Origin: Candidatus Zambryskiibacteriota bacterium
GTDB lineage: Bacteria; Patescibacteriota; Minisyncoccia; Phycocordibacterales; DATDWN01
Assembly (NCBI GenBank): GCA_023267045.1
Contig: JAHFOB010000002.1
Location: forward strand, 2,032-66,031
DNA length: 64,000 nt
Direction: 5' to 3'
The notes beneath the pieces were generated by a model. That model ran no database searches. It was not told the DNA's origin and worked only from the letters and a program-made list of their open reading frames with translations. The position numbers were made by a program, and so were the translations under genes. Numbering within the stretch: the first letter of the stretch is position 1; each line of letters opens with the position of its first letter. Shown in pieces: positions 55,626 through 63,724 of the stretch.

Positions 55626-56192
55626 ATGACTACTAAAGAAAGACATTTCGTAGAAGACTGCTTTTTTCTTAGGCCTAAGGATGCCTTAATGGGCCTTAGG
55701 GTAGATAAGATAGTGGGAAAAGAGAATACTAATACTACTAATAAGCCGGGAGAGCTCTATCTATGGTTTGAAGAGGACCTAATTGATCCAAATATTGTAC
55801 ATGTCAGCGTGAATGGCAATGAGCCCCAGAAGCTTGTTCTGGAGTACATTAATGCTACTTATGGTCAAAGATGCTATCTCATTTGTAATTGTGGTCACAG
55901 AGTCGCCAAATTGCATTTAACGCCACATGGTAAAGAATTTCGCTGCAGAGTATGTCTAAATTTGAGATACCGGATTTCAGTAACAAACTCTAGGTCTATT
56001 GCTGGTGGAGCTTTACATAACTTCAGCAGGATAAGTAAGTTAATGGAAATGCGAGAAAGAATCGATAGGATATTTTACAGAGGTCGTTTTACTAAGAGAT
56101 ACAAGCGTTTTTTGATGTTGTGCGGTAAGGCAGGGCTCAATAGTGAGGTTGATCGTGCGCAAAATCTACTTGAAACAATCAAATCTCATTAG
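55626..56192 (+). CDS. zinc-ribbon containing hypothetical protein
   Basis: CNCGHRV...CRVC 4-Cys cluster. Confidence 0.45.
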   Translation: MTTKERHFVEDCFFLRPKDALMGLRVDKIVGKENTNTTNKPGELYLWFEEDLIDPNIVHVSVNGNEPQKLVLEYINATYGQRCYLICNCGHRVAKLHLTPHGKEFRCRVCLNLRYRISVTNSRSIAGGALHNFSRISKLMEMRERIDRIFYRGRFTKRYKRFLMLCGKAGLNSEVDRAQNLLETIKSH

Positions 56193-56740
56193 ATTAATAC
56201 AAAGCCAGTAGATTACCGATTTTTATAATGTGTAGAACTACCAAAAGGTCTATTTGAGGGGTAAAAGACCCAACCCAGCCGGACGTTTTCTATTTTCTAG
56301 AATATTTTCTCTCTATTTCGGGTTATTTCCCTTGACAAATGGAAAAGAAGGGAGTACATTTATCAGCAGGAGGAGCAAAGGTTTCTCCGGCAGAACAATA
56401 AAATCTGGTTTTATGGAGGGCAGGAGGTTAAATCAATTACCTCGCCCCGGTAGCACTTATAAGCAAGCTACTTAAATTGATTTCTATCATAAGAGGCCTA
56501 CATACTCTTACGGTTAGTAACGAAAGCGACCCTTTGAGACGTTAGTCGGGTCAAAGCGTAGTAGGCAACGCAAACAATGTCCCCAGAAGTGATGTGTTTA
56601 TGAGTTAATCTCGTAAATAGATCATTAAGCGGGGACTTTTTCATTTCCGCATATATTGCATTGTCGGTGAAGTCATTATCACCAATGCAGTCGCCTCAGT
56701 CTGAAGCGGCTCCTCTACTGTAAACCAAGGGTCACTACAC

Positions 56741-57748
56741 TTGGTAAATGAGACATACATGCGAACTAAAAAGAAGGATGTAGCTGTTATCCAAAAAGAT
56801 CCGCTGAATTCGCTAAATCCAGATCGTCTGGATGAGCTTTTTGATCAGTTTATGACGGAAAAGAAATATGTGACACTACTTCGCCCTGCTACCTTGATTG
56901 GGTATAGAGCATCGTATGACCTTTTTAGAAAACTCTCGTATGTCACAATTGATTCACTCACCACAAAATCGCTGACTAATTTTTTCAAGGAGATGCAAAC
57001 CAGAACTAGAATTGTTGGTAAGGGGGTTGAGAAAATTGGTGTTAAGGATTCAACCATAGCAACATATGCTATGAAGCTTAATGTATTTTTTGAGTGGTTA
57101 GTTCAAGAAAAACATATCATTGAAAATCCAATCAAAAAATTGCCAAAATACAGACCAGTCTATGATGACAAAAGAGCCTTACGCAAAGGAGATATCGAAT
57201 ATATCAGAACAGCAATTGAAAACCACTCCACTACTTTGCTACAAAAGAAGAGAGATCAAACGATGCTCGCTGTACTTCTGTTTTGTGGGATAAGAAGAGG
57301 AGAACTACTTGGCTTGAAAGTGACTGATATCGACCTGGAAAAAAGGCAACTGATAATTAGAGGCGAAACATCGAAATCAAAGCGTACGAAAATTTTACCG
57401 ATTACCAATAAAATATTAGCAATGGCTTTACAAGATTATTTGAATGAGAGAAAAAATTACAAAACTCCGCAATTATTTGTTTCGTTAAATACTGACAAAG
57501 GACTAAGCTACGAAGGATTCAAACATTGGATTGACAGGTTGGAACTATTGTCTGGTGTAAAATTTCATTCGCATCGATTTCGTCATACCTTTGCTACAAA
57601 TCTTGAAGCTAACGATGTTGGCATTATAAAGATTTCAAAACTTATGGGTCATAAAGATACAAGAATGACTCAAGTGTATCTTCGCTCGATGGGATCAGAG
57701 GACTTAGGACCAGAGATGAGTACCCTGACATTTGACAACTTGATATAA
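56741..57748 (+). CDS. tyrosine-type site-specific recombinase/integrase (int2), reading toward the right junction
   Basis: HSHRFRHTFATNLEANDVGIIKISKLMGHKDTRMTQVYL catalytic motif. Confidence 0.85.
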   Translation: MVNETYMRTKKKDVAVIQKDPLNSLNPDRLDELFDQFMTEKKYVTLLRPATLIGYRASYDLFRKLSYVTIDSLTTKSLTNFFKEMQTRTRIVGKGVEKIGVKDSTIATYAMKLNVFFEWLVQEKHIIENPIKKLPKYRPVYDDKRALRKGDIEYIRTAIENHSTTLLQKKRDQTMLAVLLFCGIRRGELLGLKVTDIDLEKRQLIIRGETSKSKRTKILPITNKILAMALQDYLNERKNYKTPQLFVSLNTDKGLSYEGFKHWIDRLELLSGVKFHSHRFRHTFATNLEANDVGIIKISKLMGHKDTRMTQVYLRSMGSEDLGPEMSTLTFDNLI

Positions 57749-57930
57749 GTCTAATTTTTTAATATAATATGAGCACATTATTAGTTAATTTGCAGTCTGT
57801 TGTTGTAAATATTTCATGGACTTTCCTAGGTAGGAAACAGGTCATTGCAACGGTATGAATTTAAGGAACCAAATCACAATTTTACCGCTTAAATAAAGGA
57901 TATTTCAAGAGAAATAGGGGTACTAGTTTC

Positions 57931-57972
57931 TTTGCAATGAGGGGGTGGCAGGTTCGAGTCCTGTAGGGTCCA
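57931..57972 (+). other. Right junction (attR-like): 3' part of the disrupted tRNA-Ala gene, beginning with the core TTTGCAAT
   Basis: TTTGCAATGAGGGGGTGGCAGGTTCGAGTCCTGTAGGGTCCA gives the 3' anticodon stem, variable loop, T-arm GCAGG-TTCGAGT-CCTGT and acceptor AGGGTCC-A. Confidence 0.75.
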
Positions 57973-57984
57973 CTGACAACACAA

Positions 57985-58010
57985 ACTATCCCGCCTGCGC
58001 GGGATTTTGT
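57985..58010 (+). terminator. Terminator of the ancestral tRNA-Ala gene
   Basis: CCCGCctgcGCGGG followed by ATTTTGTG. Confidence 0.45.
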
Positions 58011-58373
58011 GCGTCAGTGGAAGACAGAGTCATGTTTTTATACCAATAAAAACGGACGAGTCAGGGTCGTGGAAATTTTGTTTTGACGAAAATAAAATTA
58101 TTCCTGACCACAAAATGTATTAGGAAAATAGTGGCTGACCCCATTTTCCCTGACCCCATTTTCCCCATCTTCTAAATAAATCATTGCTATGGTATTGTTT
58201 TGTTACAACTAAATAAGTTAAAGTAGCCTAAACCAAGTAATTGGCATGGTGAAAAGCCCAGTAACGAATAAAAAACCCATCATGCGGGCTTGTCGTTACT
58301 GGCCATATCGGGAAACCGGTATGGGGAGCTTCGGCTCCCACCCTGTGGTGGGCTTTTTGTATAAATAAAAAAT

Positions 58374-58661
58374 ATGGAAAACGAATCTATTGAAAAAGAT
58401 GTATCTATTGTATCCAAGAAAGATAAGTGGTTTGCTGGTTATATAGTAACAGGATTAATTTTTAATGCGTCACAAATTTTTGACAGAACAACATATGACG
58501 GGTTCTTTATTATTGTAGTATCAATAATGTGTGGGTATTTTTATCACAGATTAAAGAATAAAATAAAATTAAAAAATGAGGGAAATAGAATTATTGTTAC
58601 CTTCTTGATTCTTGAATTAATTGCTGGTTTTTTAATAGGAGCTATAACACGTTTTTTCTAA
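58374..58661 (+). CDS. small membrane protein (95 aa)
   Basis: Three TM segments. Confidence 0.4.
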   Translation: MENESIEKDVSIVSKKDKWFAGYIVTGLIFNASQIFDRTTYDGFFIIVVSIMCGYFYHRLKNKIKLKNEGNRIIVTFLILELIAGFLIGAITRFF

Positions 58662-58662
58662 A

Positions 58663-59451
58663 ATGAAAAAACTCTCAAAAACTTATGTATTCATCGGGCT
58701 GATAGTTTCATTGGTAATTTTACTTGGAATATTTTATAAAAAAAATGATTGCAATGTATATGGCATCAATATTCATGGAGATATTGTTACCTACAACGGA
58801 AACGATTCTTATAATGATCAGAATAAGTTAATTTACGATCAAACTTCTGCGGATGACGTTTTAAATCTCATAAAAGATGCTAATAGTAATAATGATATAA
58901 AGGCTATAACCATAGAAATTGACTCAAGTGGTGGTTCTCCTGTGGCAGGAGAAGAAATAATGAGGGCTTTAAAGGACTCTGGTAAGCCAACAGTAGCCTT
59001 TATCCGTAACAGGGGGCTATCCTCTGCATATCTCATTGCTACTGGGGTAGAAACTATATTCGCCTCTCAATTCTCGGATGTAGGAAGTATAGGTATTACA
59101 ATGTCTTATTTACAAAATACAGAAAAAAATAAAAAAGATGGACTGACATATATAGACTTGAGTTCAGGAAAATATAAAGATTCTGGCAATCCAAACAGAT
59201 CTCTGACTGAAGAAGAAAAACAAATTTTCATGCGTGATGTAAAAATATCACATGATTATTTTGTAGGCCTTGTATCTGAGAATCGTAACTTAGATATTGA
59301 AATGGTAAAAAAACTAGCAGACGGTTCAAGTATTAATGGAATGGGAGCATTAAAAGAAGGTCTTATAGATAAGATCGGTATACTACCCGATGTGGAGAAT
59401 TTTCTCGCAGAAAAAATTGGAACAACAGCAGAGATATGTTGGCAAAATTAA
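58663..59451 (+). CDS. signal peptide peptidase SppA-like S49 family protease (short form)
   Basis: N-terminal TM; ITIEIDSSGGSPVAGEEIMRAL...SSAYLIATG...SDVGSIGI are ClpP/crotonase-fold S49 motifs. Confidence 0.75.
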   Translation: MKKLSKTYVFIGLIVSLVILLGIFYKKNDCNVYGINIHGDIVTYNGNDSYNDQNKLIYDQTSADDVLNLIKDANSNNDIKAITIEIDSSGGSPVAGEEIMRALKDSGKPTVAFIRNRGLSSAYLIATGVETIFASQFSDVGSIGITMSYLQNTEKNKKDGLTYIDLSSGKYKDSGNPNRSLTEEEKQIFMRDVKISHDYFVGLVSENRNLDIEMVKKLADGSSINGMGALKEGLIDKIGILPDVENFLAEKIGTTAEICWQN

Positions 59452-59455
59452 TTAT

Positions 59456-59746
59456 ATGAAAAAATTTATCAACGAAAATTGGTTCAAAATAATAGTAGTT
59501 GGTGTGTTAATTGGAGCATTAGGAACTCATCCTTACTCATACTATCAATTTACTAGATGGGCTATGACTATTTGTAGTGTCTACCTTGCATATCACTACG
59601 CAGAAAAAGAGAAAAAGGGTTGGATGTGGATATTTATCGCCCTTACGATTTTATTTAATCCGATTTTCCCATTTTATTTTGCAAAAAACACATGGCAGGT
59701 GTTTGACTTACTTGGAACTATTTTACTCTTTACAACATTTTTCTAA
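59456..59746 (+). CDS. small membrane protein
   Basis: ATG at 59456 lies just after the SppA stop; the track ORF 59390 overlaps SppA. Confidence 0.4.
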   Translation: MKKFINENWFKIIVVGVLIGALGTHPYSYYQFTRWAMTICSVYLAYHYAEKEKKGWMWIFIALTILFNPIFPFYFAKNTWQVFDLLGTILLFTTFF

Positions 59747-59748
59747 AT

Positions 59749-59979
59749 ATGAAAATAATTCTAGACCGATTACTAGATGTGTTTATATGGGTGTATGGAA
59801 TCTTTTTGTATTCTCTGGTTCTACCATTAACTCTTGGTGTCATTTTGATTTTTATTGTGCCAATAGCAGATTGGTTTAATGAAATACCTATAATTATAAA
59901 AATCCCTTCTTTTATTCTTATTGGTGCTGGTTTGAAATTTTTACACACCAAAAAGAACATATTTAATGTTTATAAATAA
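59749..59979 (+). CDS. small membrane protein (76 aa)
   Basis: Two TM segments. Confidence 0.35.
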   Translation: MKIILDRLLDVFIWVYGIFLYSLVLPLTLGVILIFIVPIADWFNEIPIIIKIPSFILIGAGLKFLHTKKNIFNVYK

Positions 59980-60145
59980 GGAAAAATGGTGTCTAACCCC
60001 ATTTTCCATTTTCCCCAAGAAAAACTACCGATGCTACTTACAAACAAGTATCAGTCACTAGAAGACGCTAAGGATGTTTTAGGAGAAGCAAAAGGTATAA
60101 GCTCTCTATTTTTCAACTTCCAAAAGTATCTATACCAAAAATAGA

Positions 60146-60598
60146 TTAATATCTTTTATAACTTTTACTCGTATCAATGTGAGTATTTTTGAAAGCAATA
60201 AAGTAAAATATCTTTTGACTATCAACGGTAAAAAAGAACAGTCTACCTTTTTCGCTGTAACCACCACTTAAATAAGCTTCTTCTACTTGCACACCATCGT
60301 CTAGTCCTGTATACAAATCAGAATAATCACCATCATTTACAACAGGTTTTATTGTTACTCCCAACTTAGAAATATCGCTCTTAACAAAAACTTTAGTGCC
60401 TATTTGTTTTATCAGTTTCAGACTATTTTTTCTTTGTTTATCATCAAAGCTTCCTTCCAACTGACACATCTTGTCATTGTAATTTAAAAAAGAAATTAGA
60501 TATGGCTGTGTCTCCGGTTCTATTTCTTCAGACAATTCTGCGAGTGAGTTTGGTAAAACGCCTTTCTCCTCATTTATTCCGGGTTCGGGAACATCCAT
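60146..60598 (-). CDS. candidate toxin partner of the Panacea-domain antitoxin (uncharacterised, 150 aa)
   Basis: Lies immediately downstream (11-nt gap) of the Panacea gene on the same strand; acidic N-terminus, no recognisable toxin family. Confidence 0.4.
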   Translation of the reverse strand: MDVPEPGINEEKGVLPNSLAELSEEIEPETQPYLISFLNYNDKMCQLEGSFDDKQRKNSLKLIKQIGTKVFVKSDISKLGVTIKPVVNDGDYSDLYTGLDDGVQVEEAYLSGGYSEKGRLFFFTVDSQKIFYFIAFKNTHIDTSKSYKRY

Positions 60599-60609
60599 AA
60601 TAGTAGTTT

Positions 60610-61095
60610 TTATTTTGCAGTAGCTTCCTCCATCTTTCTAGTGTAAAAATCCATCATAGACTTACGAGTAATTTCTTGTTCAGAATTTTCACTCGCTTCT
60701 AATCCAGCTCTAGCGTCTTGCCATGGTGCTTCAGAGTGAGTAAGCATTTCTAAATATGAAGAATCATATTTACCATAAAGCTTCCAGACTTGTTCCAACA
60801 GATTTTTATCAATATCTGATATTTTGTTAATTAATTCTATATCGGGCTCCTTTTTAATTGGGTTAAATCCGAACTCCTTATATTTAGCATAAACACTTTT
60901 TATTGCTGGACCATGAACCCATGCTTCAATTTTTTCTTTGAAAAGAGGTTTTTTGTTTACTACAAGAGACCATGCTTGTGCATAATAAACAAGTTTCTGA
61001 ATCTTCTTATTGGTTATAACCTTTCCAGATAGATTAGCCTTCTGAATGAAAAATTCAGCTATAGAACTAGCTGAAACTGTCTTTGCGACTTTCAT
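60610..61095 (-). CDS. Panacea domain (DUF4065/SocA-like) antitoxin
   Basis: GKVITNKKIQKLVYYAQAWSLVVNKKPLFKEKIEAWVHGPAIKSVYAKYKEFG matches DUF4065. The start is probably at the internal MKVAKTVSASSIAEF (61095) rather than 61155. Confidence 0.6.
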   Translation of the reverse strand: MKVAKTVSASSIAEFFIQKANLSGKVITNKKIQKLVYYAQAWSLVVNKKPLFKEKIEAWVHGPAIKSVYAKYKEFGFNPIKKEPDIELINKISDIDKNLLEQVWKLYGKYDSSYLEMLTHSEAPWQDARAGLEASENSEQEITRKSMMDFYTRKMEEATAK

Positions 61096-61405
61096 ATAGT
61101 AAGTATACAACACTATTGCGAATTTTTTCGCAAGTTTTCCACTATCCAAGAACATACAAGCATATTTTATAAAACAGACCCGGGTCCATAAGGAAGGGCA
61201 ACCCCCTACTGTCTATGCCGAAATTTTTGCGAAATTAGCTTTATATTCAATAATTATTTTGCTATTGTCCAATTTAGTAAGTTATAAGTCTCTAAAACCC
61301 AGCTTTCGACTTGGTTCCAACTTTTACTTACCAACTTCACCTTTGTAATATCTTTTCCTCTTTCACTGTATAATACCTATACAATTACAAATTAAATTAA
61401 ATAAT

Positions 61406-61648
61406 ATGATGTATAACTACGGTTATTATAGTCCTTTTAGTGCATTGTTCGGTATTCTAGGCTGGGTTATTTTTGCACTTATTATAGTTTGGATTTTGAA
61501 ACTTGGACGGAGAGATCATTGGATGGATAAAATGGGGAAGCATGGCTTTATGAAAGATAGCGCTATGGAGATTTTGAGAGAAAAATATGCAAAAGGTGAA
61601 ATATCAAAGGAGGAGTTTGAAGCAAAGAAAAAAGATTTGAGTCAATAG
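61406..61648 (+). CDS. SHOCT domain membrane protein
   Basis: N-terminal TM; C-terminal LREKYAKGEISKEEFEAKKKDL is SHOCT. Confidence 0.65.
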   Translation: MMYNYGYYSPFSALFGILGWVIFALIIVWILKLGRRDHWMDKMGKHGFMKDSAMEILREKYAKGEISKEEFEAKKKDLSQ

Positions 61649-61732
61649 CTCTCTTCTAGCGTATTTTTATTGCTATGATAGAATAGCCGGTATATCATAA
61701 TATCAGCAATTAAAAATTTAAAATAAAAATAA

Positions 61733-62419
61733 ATGACTAAAGAAAAGATTTTTCAGATTGTCGGTATAGTTGTGGTGGTTGGGGTAGTCGGGGGACTTGC
61801 TTTTTTTGGTGCTAATAAGTGGCATAAACAACCTGTGGCAGAGAAATCTCCTTCTGTTGCTACTGTAAACGGAGTGGTTTTGACACAGGCAGACTTTGAT
61901 ACTCAGCTCGCTACTACTTTGACCACTCTGAAATCACAAGGCGTTAATACAGAAGACCCTACTAAACTTGCAGAAGTTAAAGCTCAAGTTCTGAACGACA
62001 TGATAAGTAACGAGCTTGTTGCAGAAGAAATAGCAAAAGAAGGAATAAAAACTACTGACTCCGATGTGGAAACACAGTACCAGACGATATTGACTCAAGT
62101 CGGCGGCGCAGATCAGCTCAAGACTCAACTTGCTTCTGCAAATATGACAGATACACAGCTTCGAACTAATATATCAAAACAACTAACAATCAAGGCTTAT
62201 CTCTTGAAACACATAGATATGAATACAGCTACTGCAAGTCCAACAGAGATTTCTAAGTTTTATGACGATAATGTTAAGGGTCAGAAAGGCGCGCCAACTC
62301 TGAAAGACATAACTGATCAGATAAAACAACAGATAATAAACACTAAACAGCAACTTCTAATAAATACTTTCATAGCTTCTCTACGCGAAAAAGCTAAAGT
62401 CGAAACGACACTGAAGTAG
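61733..62419 (+). CDS. SurA N-terminal-like chaperone domain protein, membrane-anchored
   Basis: TM anchor; VATVNGVVLTQADFDTQL... resembles SurA_N. Confidence 0.5.
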   Translation: MTKEKIFQIVGIVVVVGVVGGLAFFGANKWHKQPVAEKSPSVATVNGVVLTQADFDTQLATTLTTLKSQGVNTEDPTKLAEVKAQVLNDMISNELVAEEIAKEGIKTTDSDVETQYQTILTQVGGADQLKTQLASANMTDTQLRTNISKQLTIKAYLLKHIDMNTATASPTEISKFYDDNVKGQKGAPTLKDITDQIKQQIINTKQQLLINTFIASLREKAKVETTLK

Positions 62420-62446
62420 TATTTTCTCAGTAGTGTGCTATTCTAG

Positions 62447-62671
62447 TTGGTGGAAAAGGGGTGGATTATGATGCCGCTCAATTACCTTGACTGGCCTGTA
62501 ACTTCCGTGGCACTAGCAATCTTTCTCGTCGTCTGGCGACTACTTCTCAATGTCAAAGGAGACAAAGCTATTCGCTGGACATTCTCTCCATTTGGAGGTC
62601 TGTACGCCGCTCTAATCTTTTTCTGTCTCTACGTTTCCATCAAGATGTTTGTCGAGTGGCTATCGCGGTGA
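62447..62671 (+). CDS. small membrane protein
   Basis: Two TM segments. Confidence 0.35.
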   Translation: MVEKGWIMMPLNYLDWPVTSVALAIFLVVWRLLLNVKGDKAIRWTFSPFGGLYAALIFFCLYVSIKMFVEWLSR

Positions 62672-62739
62672 GGGGGGTGTCATGCAATGCAGACACCTCC
62701 CTTTTTGTGTCTCTGAAAAGGTTTTGGTTCGACGAGATT

Positions 62740-63534
62740 TTAATAATACTTATCAATATTTTTCAAATGACCTTCGTATGTTGCTGAACAATGAATATTT
62801 CCTTTTTTGTCGTGAAGGTAGAAAAGACAGTTTGTTTTTTGAGGATTGTAAGCGGCGTCGATAGCTGCTAGACCTGGATTGGCGATAGGAGTCGGTGGAA
62901 GTCCAACATGCAGATATGTATTGTAGAGTGAGTTTATGCTTTTGTCTTTTGGATAAACTTTTGACCACCAACCATCTTCTTCTGAACCTTTGGCGTATTG
63001 CAGCGTGGCGTCTATTTGTAGTTTCATACCGTTGAAAAGGCGATTCCAAATAATTCCGGAAATTAATTTCATATCATTTTTTCCGCCGGCTTCACGCTGG
63101 ATGATGGAGGCGATAGTCAGAGCTGTTTCTGGGTTGATTATTTTTGCCGTTTTTGGTTTTTTAATTGCGGATGTTTGTGTGCTGAACTGGTGAAGCATTA
63201 TACTGGTTACTCCAAGCGGGTTTTCATCTTTCAGTAAAATATAAGTTTTTGGAAAATATTTTCCTTCCAAGTCGTCTGTGTTCAGTGCTAAATGTGCATT
63301 TATAAACTGGCTTTTTTCTGAATCACCCCAACCTAGTTTACTTCCAACAAGATCAGCGATCTCTTCTTTACGCAGTCCCTCTCTGACTTGAACTATACGA
63401 GCGTCTGGGTTGGCCAAACTCTGGTAGAAAGAAAGGTCAGCCAACAGAGAAAAATCTAACCTATAGTGATACATCATTCCCAAAAGAGTTCCGAAAGATA
63501 AAACAAAGAGTGTAGCAATGTATCTTAACTTCAT
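62740..63534 (-). CDS. mltG: endolytic murein transglycosylase MltG/YceG family
   Basis: N-terminal TM; YceG-like domain pattern (NTYLHVGLPPTPIANPGLAAIDAA). Confidence 0.8.
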   Translation of the reverse strand: MKLRYIATLFVLSFGTLLGMMYHYRLDFSLLADLSFYQSLANPDARIVQVREGLRKEEIADLVGSKLGWGDSEKSQFINAHLALNTDDLEGKYFPKTYILLKDENPLGVTSIMLHQFSTQTSAIKKPKTAKIINPETALTIASIIQREAGGKNDMKLISGIIWNRLFNGMKLQIDATLQYAKGSEEDGWWSKVYPKDKSINSLYNTYLHVGLPPTPIANPGLAAIDAAYNPQKTNCLFYLHDKKGNIHCSATYEGHLKNIDKYY

Positions 63535-63641
63535 CCCGTTAGAAGTACCAGTAATTTGAATATTAAAGGTATAAAAATTAACTTAATTTTTAAATTATTC
63601 TCAAAAGAAGATTTTCGACTGAAACTTCTAACGGGATTCAT
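63535..63641 (-). repeat. L-element copy 5 (minus-strand orientation, divergent core) abutting the start codon of mltG
   Basis: The minus strand reads ATGA|ATCCCGTTAGAAGT...ACTTCTAACGGG|ATGAAG; a -10-like TATGATATAG lies upstream. Confidence 0.8.
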
Positions 63642-63724
63642 TTCTAAACTATATCATATTTGAAAATATTTCTTTTGTTTTTTCCACATGGACTTATAGA
63701 TTGATTCTGATAAAATAGAGTCTA

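Larger units (their letters stand above)
45094..57930. mobile_element. Integrative genomic island (~12.8 kb) inserted into the anticodon loop of tRNA-Ala, with the 8-bp core TTTGCAAT at both junctions
   Basis: The flanking half-genes (45055-45093 and 57931-57972) join into a perfect tRNA-Ala(UGC) cloverleaf with G3:U70. Tyrosine recombinase genes lie at both ends and an intact tRNA-Ala inside. Cargo includes genes with visibly higher GC (46561-48887). Confidence 0.75.

Noticed and set aside
57931-57972. Possibility that the tRNA-like 3' fragment is the end of an ssrA (tmRNA) gene, a common island target
   Set aside because: The matching 5' partner at 45055-45093 has a full D-arm and anticodon stem-loop, which tmRNA lacks. 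Together they make a canonical tRNA-Ala.
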